A stretch of DNA of 64,000 bases from an uncultured Verrucomicrobiae bacterium (GCA_963756875.1 CAVWPA010000003.1:672001-736000), one strand, 5' to 3'; counted from the first letter of the stretch, positions 1 to 10,915 are shown. Notes: a model not told the origin generated them from the sequence alone. Numbers and translations: made by a program.

Positions 1-401
1 CGGTACTGCAACGTCGCGTCGATCAGTTCCGGCGAAATGTCGCGCAACGGCGTCCAGACGCGGAATTTTTGATCGGCGCTCAGCGTCACGCGCAGCAATT
101 TGCCGCTGCGGTCGCGCACGCTTTGTGAAAACGAAATTCCGTCGAGCAAGGGCGGCCTGGGGAGCGCGAGCCAAATTGCGGCAACGAATGTGGAGAGAAA
201 CACGAACGCGCGAAGGGTCTTCGCGATCCATTCCGGGGAGCGCACGCGCCTCGCGTGCCGTGTTCGGCGCCCTCGCCGAACATGCTGGAACGCATCACGC
301 CACAGGTTTTTGATGAGTAAAGAGGCCGCTGGCGGGGGCGCCGGCGGCAGCACGCGAGGGCGCGTGCGGTCCCCAAACAGTGCTCGCGCGACGATATTCA
401 T
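1..401 (-). CDS. pbpC: Penicillin-binding protein 1C, N-terminal part (runs off the window start)
   Basis: Translated by hand from ATG 401, which overlaps the a2M stop (ATGA). A TM helix is followed by SVRDRSGKLLRVTLSADQKFRVWTPLRDISPELIDATLQY, typical of PBP1C, and the gene lies directly downstream of a2M. The N-terminus carries an in-frame palindromic element. Confidence 0.85.
   Translation of the reverse strand, partial: MNIVARALFGDRTRPRVLPPAPPPAASLLIKNLWRDAFQHVRRGRRTRHARRVRSPEWIAKTLRAFVFLSTFVAAIWLALPRPPLLDGISFSQSVRDRSGKLLRVTLSADQKFRVWTPLRDISPELIDATLQY
235..374. repeat. REPIN-like palindromic element, family A copy 1 (in frame in pbpC)
   Basis: GGGGAGCGCACGCGCCTCGCGTG ... CACGCGAGGGCGCGTGCGGTCCCC inverted arms, each with a second internal hairpin. 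Confidence 0.9.
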
Positions 402-3400
402 TCTGTAACCGTGATGTTGCCGCCCATGCCTCGTCCCTTGACGTTGCGATCGTACATCGACTGGGCGAACACGGGCGGCACGACAAACTTTCCGCGATTG
501 CACGATTTGATTTGGTAATCGATCTCCATCGCTTCCGGCGGCGCAGTCACAAAGAAGACTGCGCGGTCCTCGCGAAGATCGACATAATCTGCGCCCCGGA
601 TTGAAGAGACGCCCCCGCGCAGAGAGGTGTCGACGATCTCGAAGCCGCCGGGCAACAGATCGACAACTGCCACGTTCGTCACTGCCGCATGTCCCACACT
701 GCGGACATGAAGGCGCACATGAATCGGCTCGCCGAGATGCGTTTGGGTGACCGGTTTGTTGTCTTTACCGAGAAGCTCACGATAAACTTCCAAACCGTTC
801 GTAAGCGCTTCTTTCGGAACTTCCCGGTCAAAGCCGGCTTCAATCACCTGGAAGAAAACACCGGGGCCGTTGATGCGTCCCGAAGTTTCAAAACGCAACC
901 GGACCGCATCGCGGGAAAAGCCCGACTGTTCCATTAGTTTGGCTCCCCTGGCGAGGCGAACTTCCTGATTGTCGGCACGGACTTCGGTGATGGCGAGGTC
1001 GGGCGGATTTTCCGCGATCGTGTGCGAGTAGGCTTTCAGCGCGCGCACTGCGTACGCGGCCGAGAGCGTGTCGAACGAGCCTTCGCCGATCGGCGCAAGA
1101 ATATTTTTAAATTCTTCGCCTGAAACTTTTCGGAGCCGCTCGGGAAATTCGCGGGCGAGCACGGCAATGTATTGTGAATCCTCACCAAGCGGCTGGAAGA
1201 AATCGCCGCACTGCCGCGATGCTGCGGTGCCGATTTTGTATTTGCCGATCAGAGCCTCTGCCTCGGCGTCCTTGTGCAGAAGGTGGAGTGCGCCCGCGAG
1301 ATAGACTCCCGTGATATCGTTCTGCCAGCTGTCCCGCTGATTTTTGTCGAGATAATCGCGCAGATTGAGAATGTAATTGGTGGTGATGACGCCTTGCTGC
1401 GTAAGCACGTAGATGGCGTAAGCGAGTGTCCGCGCATCCGAAAGATTCGACGGCTCGCGCGTAACCATCTTTTGCAGATCGCGCAGACCGCTCGCGAACA
1501 TGTCGGGTGGTGGAACAAACCCGGCGGCCTTCGCGTCGCTTAGGAAATCCATCGCGTAAACCGAGACAAAACTGATTCCAGCCCCTGGCTCGGGTCCCCA
1601 GTAACCGAAGGCGCCCTGATCGTTTTGGCGTCGTCGCAGAAGGCCGAACGTGTATTCGAGTTGTTTATCCACCTCGGCGCGGTTCAAGCCAAAATCGGCT
1701 TCGTTAGCCAGCATCAGCCGGCAAAATGCGCCGCTGGTGACCTGTTCGCTGCAACCGTATGGGAATTTCTTCAGATACGCGTCGAGCCCATGAGCGAGTC
1801 CAAGCGGAACGGACGAGACAACTGCGTCGCGCTTGGAAAACTCGGGACGCATCGCGCGCTTGATCGCTATATCCACGCTGCCTTTAAAGCTGCCGCCACG
1901 CACATCAGTCATGTAGGGGACCGGCGGCCGAATGCTGAGCGTGGCGCGGCGTTTCGTCTGTGATGTAGCCGTTCCGGCCGCATCGCCGCGCGCGATGCTT
2001 GCGATGAAAGTGATTTCGCCCGAACCGAGTTTGTCGTTGGCTCGAAACTTGAAGACTACGCTTTGTTCGTGTCCTTCCGCGATGCGCAGAATTTGTGACG
2101 ACGACCCCAGCGTCGACAGCCCCGAAATTATCGGGGCTCGCGAATCCGTTCGGAGCTGCTCGTTGGTTTCCGCGCGCACCTCGACCTCGGCGTTTGCGCC
2201 GGAGCCTTCGACATTATTGGCCACGGTCACTCCGGCTTCGAATTCGTCTCCCGGCGCCGCCAGGACGGGAACGCTTGGGGTAATTACAAACGGCCCGCGA
2301 ATGAGCACATTGCGCTCGGCCGATCCGGTGGCTTCATTCGAAACCGCGACCGCCATGATCTTCAGTGTGCCGTCGAAGAAATCGGGAACATCGTAAACTA
2401 CGTCTCGCGCCGTCGTGTCGGCGTCGAGGATGCCCGACCAGAACACGACCGGTTTGTCGGTCATTCGCTTAAATGGATTGAGCCGTTGAACATCGCCGCC
2501 GCCACCGAACGCCGAGACGGACCGCAACAGCGAAAATTCCGGAATGATGAGATCGACAATTTGCGAGGTCTCAACTCGCAGCGCGCATTTCCGGAAATAG
2601 AAGCCGAGCGGATCGGGCGTTTTGTAATTGGTCACCTGAAGGATTCCCTGATCCACGGCAAAGATGACGATTTTGCCCGGTCGATCTGTTTTGTAGGTGA
2701 TTCGCAGCGGCTCGCCAGGCTTCGCGGTTGCCGGCGCGTCGATATCGATTTCGAGACGGCGCTTTTCCATGTTGGCGGTGAATGGAACGACGCCGTAACT
2801 CAGCGGGCTCACGAAGATTTCCTTTGCGTCGAGCGCGCGCACGAACGTCACGTTGACGTAGCCGCTGCCTTCAAAATTATCCGGAACGCGAATGTGCTGG
2901 ATGCTGCTGGCGGCGCTCGCCTGGAACCATTGATGCGCGTAAACCCTGTCGCGCTCGACCGTGATTAATCCGCTGCCCGCATACGGCGCTACGATGCTGA
3001 CCGCGATCTCGTCGCCGCTGTTGTATTGCTTGCGATCCAGCTTCACTTGCAGCTCGGCATTTCTTTCGAGCGAACGAGAAACAGCGCCGTGACCGGCCAC
3101 ACAAAATTCCAATTTTGCGAGGCGTCGATTTTGATCGTCGCGCAGTTCGAGGACATAGGTGCCCGGTTGTTGTGTCGGCAGCGTGTAATGAAATCCGTTA
3201 GCAGGAACGGCAATTTTCTCCGTGGTCGCGACGCGCTCTTTTAAGACCGATTCATACGCGAAATTGCCGTTTCGTTGTTTGGTCAGGACCGACACGTATT
3301 CCTGCGCGAGGACATTGAGCGTGATGTTTTGGACGGCGATGCGGTTGAGTTGCGGATCGACCGCGATGAATTCGAGCGCACGCGGCTTACCCATATCGAT

Positions 3401-6292
3401 GTAACGCAATTCGCCGTCCGCTTTCCATCCGATCACATACGGCCGGGCCGACACCAGAGCTTCCGCTTCGCCGGTGACGCTGCGTCCTCCTTCGGCTTCG
3501 AAGCCTTCGGCTACGAAGCGCATCGCATACGTCGCATCGGCGAAGCGTTCTAATTGCAAATCGAATTGAGTACGCCCCGCGTCGTCGGTCTTCTTTTCGC
3601 CCAGCTCGATCGTTTGTCCCTGCCGGTCCTTCTTTTCGTCGGCGAGCGGATCGAAAAAGACGAAATCGTGGAATTCCGGGAAACAAAATGCAGCGGGAGC
3701 AAGCTCGAGATGAGCAGTCACGCGGCGATTGGTTGCGGGCGTCCCGTAAAGATTGGCCAGGGTAATCGCGGCATGCATGTCGTCCGGGCTGACCCAACCG
3801 TGCTTCGTGCTCTTCGAAAGCCGGGTCTCGATCTTCATTCGATCCGGCAGGAATTCCTTTACGTTTGCCGTTGTCGATCCCAGCAGAGTCGCGCGCCTGC
3901 TGTTTTTGATCAGGTAAACGTTGAAGGTGTAAAGGCCGGTCGGCGATTCGTTTGCCGTCTCATAACTCAGCTCGGTGAAGCCGGCATCGGGCAATGCGAC
4001 TTTCTTTTTTTGCACGCACAACCCGCGCGCATCGATGACTTCCGTTTCCAATGGCAGACCGTTGAGCCGGCCCTGCCAGTTGCGCTGCTTTACGATGAGG
4101 CCGACGTGGATTTTGTCGCCCGGCCGGTAAACACCCCGCTCGGTAAACACGAACGCATCCAGGTTCTCCGGCAGGACATTTTCCTCACCTTCGATGTCGA
4201 AGCGGGAAAAGTTCAGGACGCGATCTTCGCGTGCGAACGGAATGAAAGAGATGTCGTCGCCGGAGCGCGCGACGAAGGCGACCGGCGTTTTTTCCCGCGT
4301 TGCTTTGGCGGTCGATGCAAACGCGCAATGACCGTCGGCGTCGCTCTTCGATGTTTGCACCGGGATCCCGTTCTTGCCGAGAAGATCGACCACGGCTCCG
4401 GCAATCGGTTTGCCGGTTTTGATCGACATGAGAAACACGTCGTGGCTTCCGTCCGCATTGTTCTTCATCACGATGCCGATATCGGTCACCAGAATGAAGC
4501 GAGTGTCTCTGATCGATCGGACCGGTTTCTTTTTCACCGGATCCCAGCCGCGCGCTGTCAGGAAGAACAATCCGCGCTCGCTCCCGCCGTCCGCGGGCTT
4601 TTGCAGCAGTCCGCCGAAATCGAAGGCCGAGTAATTCGCCTTCCATTTGTTTTCGAGTGCGATGTCCTGTCGCTCGATGGCGATGCGCGAAATGTTTTCC
4701 TGATTGAACAGATAGGGATCTTGAAACCGCGGGTTCTGAAATTTTCCTTCCGTCTGGCTGATGAGATGATTGATCTGCGTGGTCGCAACGCGCCCGATCT
4801 CGTATTCAATCGCGTTCAAGCCGCGCGAGCGGATTGATAATTTTCTTTCACCGCTCAGCGCGAGCAACCCACCATGACCCTCGATGCAGATCTCGCGCGG
4901 GAACTGCGGCACCGGCACGACTGCGTTGTAATCGTCCGCCAGCGGATAATCGCCGAACGCGCGCACGCCCTTGTGAACACGGAGGTAAAGCTCGCCGTCG
5001 GTTTCAACGCGCACGCGAAACGCGTGTTGCCGGTCCTGGGCTTTGCCGGAAGAGATGACGTCGAAGGCGATTCGCTTCGCGTGGTCGAGAACATCTTCCG
5101 GAACATCTGTGGGACTTTGCCATTTTTCCTCTTCGCTCGGTTGCGAATCGGCCGCGTCGGTGTCCGAATCGGTCTCGTCGTCGGCCGTTTGATCGCCTTC
5201 ATCCGGTGATTCCGTCGTGGCATCGGTGTGTTCCGGGAGTTTCCGTTTTGGCAGAAGCCGAATCTCCAGGGCTTTGGCCAGCTCGCGCGTGTTGATGTCG
5301 GCGGTTGTGGTTAGAATGAGAATCTGCTGGGGGTCGCCCTCCTGGTTGCGCGCGATGGTTCCCTGAATCGAATCGATGCGAAACATCGTGGCGACTGATG
5401 GAACGAGAACTTTCGCTTCGACTCCGCCACGGGTTTCGGCGCCGTTCTGTTGCGTGCGGACACCTTTCGCCAGGACGAGTTTGGCGAAATCTTCGCGCGC
5501 CGGCAGTGTGATCGATGAGCTGCGCAAATAGACCAACCGGTTGTGCAGACCGTAAGTCAGCTTGAAGTGAGGTTCCGGATCGGACGCCGGAAAAATTTGC
5601 GAGCCGCCGATGGTGATGAGTTGGAGGTGCCCGTCGAACGCGCCCGGGGCGACGGAGTGCGTCAGTTCAAGAGTCGCTGTGATCTGGCGCTGCTTCGGAT
5701 CCGTCGGGTCCTGATAAAATTGAAGGTCCTTGATCGCGATCTCAAACGACGGCGTGTGCGCCTCGTAAACCAATCGTCCCATCCGGATGTGTCGCGGAAA
5801 GAAGCTTTTGTCGAAAACGATCCGGAACGTTTGATCGGCCGGCCAATCCCCGGTTGGCTGAAAAACGAGCGTGTCGTCGCTCGCCCAATGCCAGCTGCCG
5901 CTAATTTCCGGCTCAAGCCGCACGCCGCTCAGCGATGGCTTCTTCAAATCTTCCAGGCGCGCCGCTGACTGGCTGAAATATACATCCAACTGCGGAAATT
6001 TGAGTTTCTCTTCCAGCTTCGTGACCGGAATCGCGCCGACCCTGACCGAGACGTAGCGCGGCTTCGGCAGGCTTTGGTACCAGTGCCATGTCCAGGCGGC
6101 GCCGCACAAAAGCAGGAAGAGAGCAACAATCGTCGGCGCGATTGCATGCGGATACCTGCTCTCGATGCGCGCCCATGCCTCGCCGATTCGGCGCGACCAT
6201 TCTGGTGGTCGCCAGGACAGGTTGCCGAAAACAGCGGCAGGAATTCGGCGGCATGCTTGGGCGAATTTCGACAGAGGCGCGGGCGTATTCAT
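398..6292 (-). CDS. Bacterial alpha-2-macroglobulin (YfhM/ECAM-like)
   Basis: About 1960 aa; FTERGVYRPG, EFLPDRMK and thioester motif PYGCSEQ; paired with pbpC. Start taken at ATG 6292. Confidence 0.93.
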   Translation of the reverse strand: MNTPAPLSKFAQACRRIPAAVFGNLSWRPPEWSRRIGEAWARIESRYPHAIAPTIVALFLLLCGAAWTWHWYQSLPKPRYVSVRVGAIPVTKLEEKLKFPQLDVYFSQSAARLEDLKKPSLSGVRLEPEISGSWHWASDDTLVFQPTGDWPADQTFRIVFDKSFFPRHIRMGRLVYEAHTPSFEIAIKDLQFYQDPTDPKQRQITATLELTHSVAPGAFDGHLQLITIGGSQIFPASDPEPHFKLTYGLHNRLVYLRSSSITLPAREDFAKLVLAKGVRTQQNGAETRGGVEAKVLVPSVATMFRIDSIQGTIARNQEGDPQQILILTTTADINTRELAKALEIRLLPKRKLPEHTDATTESPDEGDQTADDETDSDTDAADSQPSEEEKWQSPTDVPEDVLDHAKRIAFDVISSGKAQDRQHAFRVRVETDGELYLRVHKGVRAFGDYPLADDYNAVVPVPQFPREICIEGHGGLLALSGERKLSIRSRGLNAIEYEIGRVATTQINHLISQTEGKFQNPRFQDPYLFNQENISRIAIERQDIALENKWKANYSAFDFGGLLQKPADGGSERGLFFLTARGWDPVKKKPVRSIRDTRFILVTDIGIVMKNNADGSHDVFLMSIKTGKPIAGAVVDLLGKNGIPVQTSKSDADGHCAFASTAKATREKTPVAFVARSGDDISFIPFAREDRVLNFSRFDIEGEENVLPENLDAFVFTERGVYRPGDKIHVGLIVKQRNWQGRLNGLPLETEVIDARGLCVQKKKVALPDAGFTELSYETANESPTGLYTFNVYLIKNSRRATLLGSTTANVKEFLPDRMKIETRLSKSTKHGWVSPDDMHAAITLANLYGTPATNRRVTAHLELAPAAFCFPEFHDFVFFDPLADEKKDRQGQTIELGEKKTDDAGRTQFDLQLERFADATYAMRFVAEGFEAEGGRSVTGEAEALVSARPYVIGWKADGELRYIDMGKPRALEFIAVDPQLNRIAVQNITLNVLAQEYVSVLTKQRNGNFAYESVLKERVATTEKIAVPANGFHYTLPTQQPGTYVLELRDDQNRRLAKLEFCVAGHGAVSRSLERNAELQVKLDRKQYNSGDEIAVSIVAPYAGSGLITVERDRVYAHQWFQASAASSIQHIRVPDNFEGSGYVNVTFVRALDAKEIFVSPLSYGVVPFTANMEKRRLEIDIDAPATAKPGEPLRITYKTDRPGKIVIFAVDQGILQVTNYKTPDPLGFYFRKCALRVETSQIVDLIIPEFSLLRSVSAFGGGGDVQRLNPFKRMTDKPVVFWSGILDADTTARDVVYDVPDFFDGTLKIMAVAVSNEATGSAERNVLIRGPFVITPSVPVLAAPGDEFEAGVTVANNVEGSGANAEVEVRAETNEQLRTDSRAPIISGLSTLGSSSQILRIAEGHEQSVVFKFRANDKLGSGEITFIASIARGDAAGTATSQTKRRATLSIRPPVPYMTDVRGGSFKGSVDIAIKRAMRPEFSKRDAVVSSVPLGLAHGLDAYLKKFPYGCSEQVTSGAFCRLMLANEADFGLNRAEVDKQLEYTFGLLRRRQNDQGAFGYWGPEPGAGISFVSVYAMDFLSDAKAAGFVPPPDMFASGLRDLQKMVTREPSNLSDARTLAYAIYVLTQQGVITTNYILNLRDYLDKNQRDSWQNDITGVYLAGALHLLHKDAEAEALIGKYKIGTAASRQCGDFFQPLGEDSQYIAVLAREFPERLRKVSGEEFKNILAPIGEGSFDTLSAAYAVRALKAYSHTIAENPPDLAITEVRADNQEVRLARGAKLMEQSGFSRDAVRLRFETSGRINGPGVFFQVIEAGFDREVPKEALTNGLEVYRELLGKDNKPVTQTHLGEPIHVRLHVRSVGHAAVTNVAVVDLLPGGFEIVDTSLRGGVSSIRGADYVDLREDRAVFFVTAPPEAMEIDYQIKSCNRGKFVVPPVFAQSMYDRNVKGRGMGGNITVTE

Positions 6293-6364
6293 GAGAGGAA
6301 TACGGCGGCCCCGCGGAAATCTTTCAGAAAATCGCACGCCCGCCTCGCAGGCAGCCGCAGAGGG

Positions 6365-6431
6365 AAACCGTTAAAACGGTTCATGCCAGGCGGCGCGCCC
6401 ATTACCGCGCTGAAGCGCGGTGTTAATGAAA
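6365..6431. repeat. Double-hairpin element
   Basis: AACCGTT-AA-AACGGTT and ACCGCGCT-GA-AGCGCGGT hairpins between a2M and the tRNA; single copy in the window. Confidence 0.45.
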
Positions 6432-6457
6432 GGCGCTATCCGATCCGCAATAGAAAC

Positions 6458-6530
<73 letters not shown>

Positions 6531-6588
6531 GCGCGAGCGGGCAAAAGATTACATCCGACGATGATGCGGGCAAGAGGAGATGAATGAA

Positions 6589-6718
6589 AAGCACCAAGCA
6601 CCAACCTCCAAGCACCAGAGAAATTCCAATCACCAAATTCCAAACATCATCGCGCGACTCCTCTTGGTGTTTGAATTTTGGTGTTTCTCTAGATGTTGGA
6701 GCTTGGAGCTTGGATGTT
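6589..6718. repeat. Heptamer-built inverted repeat, AAGCACC family copy 1
   Basis: Tandem AAGCACC/AACCTCC/AAATTCC units with central AGAGAA, mirrored by TTGGTGT/TTGGAGC units; second copy at 26044-26170. Confidence 0.85.
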
Positions 6719-6723
6719 CTGAA

Positions 6724-7698
6724 TTACATCGGAAATTCAAAGGTTTCGCCGATTTCGCGGAGAGCAATACGTTCCGGCTCGTCGCGCAGCGCGGCTTCGA
6801 AACGCTCGATCGGCTCGCGGAATGGTTCGAAGCTCAGCTGGAATGTTTGATGGTGCATGGGGAGGATGAATTGCGCGCCGGCATCGTTTGCCATTTGCAC
6901 AGCTTCTTCGGGGCTGGAATGAGTTCGAATCCACGGGTTGTAACATCCGATGGATATGGCGGCGAGATCGATGGGCCCGAAACGGCGCAACTCGGCAAAC
7001 GTATCCGTGAATGCGGTATCGCCGCCAAAAAGAATGCGCCGGCCTTCGCGCTCGATGAGATAGCCGTTGTAGCCGCGATAATCGTCGTGCTGCATTCTGG
7101 CGCCCCAGTGTTTTACCTGGACCGCAACAATGTCGACCTTACCGGCTGACGTTTCCACAGACTCGCGCTGGTTCCATTGAAGCTCGGTAATGTCGCGAAA
7201 TCGTGCCCAGCGGAGCAAATCGCGAGTGCGCGGAGCGGTGATCACTTTGGTGGAGCGATTGAACTCCGCCTTCGCCCGGCTACGGCGCGACAGGCGATGA
7301 AGCGTTCGCAAATCGAAATGGTCGAAGTGCGCGTGCGATAAAAGAATGACGTCGATTTTCGGCAGCTCGCGAACGGTGAGCGCCGGCGCGGTGAGACGTT
7401 TTGGGCCGATGGTGAAAAGAAATGGAATCCGGATTCCGCAGCGCGAGAACAGGACGGGGTCGATAAGAATTTTGATGCCGAAGAAATTAACGAGCACGGT
7501 GGCATGACCGAGCCACGCCGCCGTGACATGCGCGTCACTCCACTCCGTCGGATCCGGTTTGGCGAACGCAGGTGCGATCGGACTCCGACTTTTAAGTATT
7601 GCCTCGCGCCAGAGATAAGAAATCCATCGGCGCACACGCGGGTTTCGATAACTGGGTTGTACAGATCCATCCCTCATCGCACCGCCCGCCTCGCGCAT
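6724..7698 (-). CDS. MBL-fold metallo-hydrolase (RomA/NAPE-PLD-like)
   Basis: WLGHATVL, IDPV, SHAHFDHFD, GDT and PMHH motifs; start uncertain (7698 or 7677). Confidence 0.88.
   Translation of the reverse strand: MREAGGAMRDGSVQPSYRNPRVRRWISYLWREAILKSRSPIAPAFAKPDPTEWSDAHVTAAWLGHATVLVNFFGIKILIDPVLFSRCGIRIPFLFTIGPKRLTAPALTVRELPKIDVILLSHAHFDHFDLRTLHRLSRRSRAKAEFNRSTKVITAPRTRDLLRWARFRDITELQWNQRESVETSAGKVDIVAVQVKHWGARMQHDDYRGYNGYLIEREGRRILFGGDTAFTDTFAELRRFGPIDLAAISIGCYNPWIRTHSSPEEAVQMANDAGAQFILPMHHQTFQLSFEPFREPIERFEAALRDEPERIALREIGETFEFPM
7265..7294. repeat. 30-bp mini-element, in frame in the MBL hydrolase (LSRRSRAKAE)
   Basis: TCCGCCTTCGCCCGGCTACGGCGCGACAGG, 23/30 identical to 11684-11713. Confidence 0.7.
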
Positions 7699-8010
7699 CG
7701 CAGAATTGTTGCACGAGAATGAATGCGTTGTTTCCCGTGATCTGCCACCCAAATCGCTGCGGTCTTGGGGTGTTCCGCGGCGATATAAGGCGGCGCCGTA
7801 CAATTTCGAAAGTCGAAAGCTCTTCGCGATCTGATGGTTGAACGAAGCGCGCCGCGGCTTGTCGAATTCGGGGTGCCGCCCAACAGCCGCGCTGCGAAAT
7901 TCTTGAACTGCTTGATTTTAAAGCCGGACTCGCGGGTGCCGCCCAAATTCTACTGCGCACCGTGCCGTTCCGCTTTTGCTTTAGTCCATGCGGCCCAGCG
8001 TGATTTCCTA

Positions 8011-9161
8011 ATGATCCACCGCGCGGAAAAAACTATCGGCATCGTCGGAGGCGGAATCGGCGGAATCGCGACCGCTTTGGCTCTTTGGCAAGCCGGCTTC
8101 AATGCGGTGGTCTATGAAAGAACGGAGCGTCTGCACGAAGTAGGCGCCGGAATGATGTTGTGGCCTAATGCCACTCGTGTTTTGCGCGAAATGGGTCTGC
8201 TCGAAAACGTGCTGGCTCGCAGCGGTGCGAACACGAATTTTTTGGTTCGAGCAAGCTCAGGCAAGGTCCTGATGGACATCGCGCTGGGACAATTCGACGT
8301 GCCCGCCGTCTGCATGCGGCGAGCGGATCTCATGGTAATCCTTTCACATGCTCTGCCAGACGACCGTGTCCGCCTCGGCTGCGAACTGCAAAGTTTGAAA
8401 CAGTTCGATCGCAAGGTGCGGCTTTATTTTGAGGATGGCCGTGTGGCAGAGCACGACGCTGTCATCGGCGCCGACGGCATTCGATCCCGAGTGCGATCGG
8501 CACTCTTCGGTACCTCCGATCCTGTTTACCGCGGTTACACGGTCTGGCGCGGCCTGGCGCGAGTACAATGGCACTGCGATCATACCGGGATTCAACAGCG
8601 AGACGTGGGGAACAGGGAAGCGTTTTGGAATTCTCAATACCGGCCATCGGAGATTTACATGGTACACAACCGCGAATGTCCCTTCGCGCCATGTGGACGC
8701 GCCTTGCGGGCGGAAACACGAGCTCCAACAAATGTTCGCCGGCTGGCACGAGCCGATCGCCGATTTTCTCGACGCAACTGAGGAGGCAGAAATCTTAAAG
8801 AACGGCGCCCGCGATTGTCCGCCGCTGCGCCGCTGGGGTCGCGGCCTGGTCACTTTGCTTGGCGACGCGGCGCATCCTTGCACGCCGAATCTGGGGCAGG
8901 GAGGTTGCATGGCCCTGGAGGATGCAATGGTCCTGGCCAAAGTGCGTGCAGAGAGCGCCGTCACTGGAAATTGCGTTCCGTCGTTACGAATCGCTCCGAG
9001 TTCATCGCACCAGGCACATTCAGCAGCGGTCCCTTTTGATGGGCCAGATTGGGCAATGGCAGAACCGGCTCTTTGTGACCGGACGCGAACTGGTGACTCG
9101 GATGCTTCCGGTCAGGCTGATCGAACACAACTTGAGAAAAGTCTACTCGTACACGACGTAA
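8011..9161 (+). CDS. FAD-dependent monooxygenase, split by two apparent +1 frameshifts (~8560, ~8941)
   Basis: GGGIGG, IGADGIRS and LLGDAAHPCTPNLGQGGCMALEDA motifs and the C-terminal YESLR segment lie in three successive frames. Confidence 0.82.
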
Positions 9162-9166
9162 TCGTA

Positions 9167-10006
9167 ATGCGCGTTGCGATTAGCACGTTTCTGATCTCGG
9201 TTGTTTCAATCGTCATAGTTAAGGCCGGCGATTCTACATTCAAGTCGGACGAGATCTACAAGGGTTGGATGCAAATGTACGATCTCAAATTCGATGAGGC
9301 GCACAAGACATTCGGCCAATGGCAGGAAAGCCATCCGACCGATTGCCTCGCGCCGGCCTCGGATGCCGCCGCGTATCTCTTTTCCGAACTGGCCCGTTTA
9401 GGCGCATTGGAGTCCGAGCTGTTCGTGAACGACAAGCGATTTATAAATCGCAAACGACTGGTTCCCGATCCCGACGTGAAGCGCCATTTTATGCAACGAA
9501 TCGACCAGGCTGATCGGCTGGCCGATTCTGCTCTCCAGAAATCGAACGCGGACACCGGCGCGCTGTTCGTAAAATCGCTTACCTGCGGACTCCGCGCGGA
9601 CTACGCAGCTCTGGTGAACAAGCAGAATCTCAGGGCTTTCCTTTACACGAAAGAAGGCCGTCCTTATGCCGACAGGCTTCTGGCGGCCGATCCGGAGGCG
9701 TTCGATGCTTACCTCGGCCCGGGCGTGGAAAATTATCTGCTGAGTCTAAAGCCGAAGCTTCTGCAAATTCTGCTCAGAATAACAGGGACGAGCATCGACC
9801 GAAAAAAAGGAATCGAACAACTGCAGAAGACCGCGCTCCATGGATATTACCTCGAGCCATTTGCAAAGCTCTTGCTCGCTGTCGCCGCAGCGCGGGATAA
9901 CCATCCGGAAAAAGCGCGCGAACTTCTGACGGAACTGCATAACCGTTTTCCGGACAACAAACTCTACTCGCGCGAGCTGGATGGCCTGGTCGCGGCCGAT
10001 CAATAG
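9167..10006 (+). CDS. Secreted helical/TPR-like hypothetical protein
   Basis: 3' part of ORF 8429-10006, starting MRVAISTFLISVVSIVIVKA (signal-peptide-like) 5 nt after the monooxygenase stop. Confidence 0.7.
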   Translation: MRVAISTFLISVVSIVIVKAGDSTFKSDEIYKGWMQMYDLKFDEAHKTFGQWQESHPTDCLAPASDAAAYLFSELARLGALESELFVNDKRFINRKRLVPDPDVKRHFMQRIDQADRLADSALQKSNADTGALFVKSLTCGLRADYAALVNKQNLRAFLYTKEGRPYADRLLAADPEAFDAYLGPGVENYLLSLKPKLLQILLRITGTSIDRKKGIEQLQKTALHGYYLEPFAKLLLAVAAARDNHPEKARELLTELHNRFPDNKLYSRELDGLVAADQ

Positions 10007-10033
10007 CGATCTGGTTGCCTAACGATTTTCACG

Positions 10034-10915
10034 ATGACCGCCCCGGCACAATTTCATGTCGAGATCGATGAAATCCGGAAACATTACGACCGGCTCTCCT
10101 TCTTGTACCGGATGTTATGGGGAGAGCATCTTCATCACGGTTACTGGGAAAATAATGAATCTGTTCCGCGCGCCCAAATCCAGTTGATGGAGCGTTTGGC
10201 CGAACGAGCGGTCGTGCCGCGCGGGGCGACCGTGCTGGATATCGGCTGCGGCCTGGGCGGCTCTGCTTTTTGGCTGGCGAGCCAGTACGATTGTCGCGTG
10301 ACAGGCATCACAATCAGTCCCGTCCAGGCAAGAATGGGGACCCGCAGAGCGAAAACCAGAGGCTTAAGCGACCGGGTCCGGTTTCAGGTTGCCGATGCCA
10401 ACCTGTGGCAACCGCAGCCCGAAAGTACCGATGTAATCTGGATCATGGAAAGCAGCGAACACTTTCGGGACAAGAAAGGTTTCTTTGAGCGCTGCGCGTT
10501 TGCATTGAAGCCCGGAGGCATCCTTGCAGTTTGTGCCTGGCTCCGGCGCGATGGACCGGTGCGCAGCGACGAACAAGAGTTGGTCGCGACGATCGGTGAA
10601 GCGATGTTGAGCGCAAGCCTTGATACACTTACGGATTACAAGGCGTGGATGAGTGAGTCAGGTCTCATCGTCGAGACAGCGGAGGACATCACCCCAAAAA
10701 TCGCGCCCACCTGGGAACATTGTTCCCGGATTGCCGGGCGTTTCCCGGTAAAATGGTTACTGCGGTTCACTGACGCTCCCACGCGTCGCTTCGTGAAATC
10801 GTTTCCCCTCATGAGGCAGGCATACGCCAAAGGAGCAATGGCTTTCGGTCTTTTCGTGGCCAAAAAATCGAGTCAAACCAATAACGGCCTTTACTGGAAT
10901 GAACCGCCTGAGTGA
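10034..10915 (+). CDS. Class I SAM-dependent methyltransferase (gamma-tocopherol/sterol MTase-like)
   Basis: WGEHLHHGYW, VLDIGCGLGG, GITISPVQ, MESSEH, LKPGG. Confidence 0.9.
   Translation: MTAPAQFHVEIDEIRKHYDRLSFLYRMLWGEHLHHGYWENNESVPRAQIQLMERLAERAVVPRGATVLDIGCGLGGSAFWLASQYDCRVTGITISPVQARMGTRRAKTRGLSDRVRFQVADANLWQPQPESTDVIWIMESSEHFRDKKGFFERCAFALKPGGILAVCAWLRRDGPVRSDEQELVATIGEAMLSASLDTLTDYKAWMSESGLIVETAEDITPKIAPTWEHCSRIAGRFPVKWLLRFTDAPTRRFVKSFPLMRQAYAKGAMAFGLFVAKKSSQTNNGLYWNEPPE

Noticed and set aside
6589..6718. Short repeats as a CRISPR array
   Set aside because: Units are 7 nt and degenerate, form an inverted pair, have no unique spacers, and no cas genes are present
8429..10006. 525-aa monooxygenase-TPR fusion ORF
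   Set aside because: Artefact of the frameshifts: the monooxygenase ends at 9161 in another frame and the second gene has its own ATG and signal peptide at 9167
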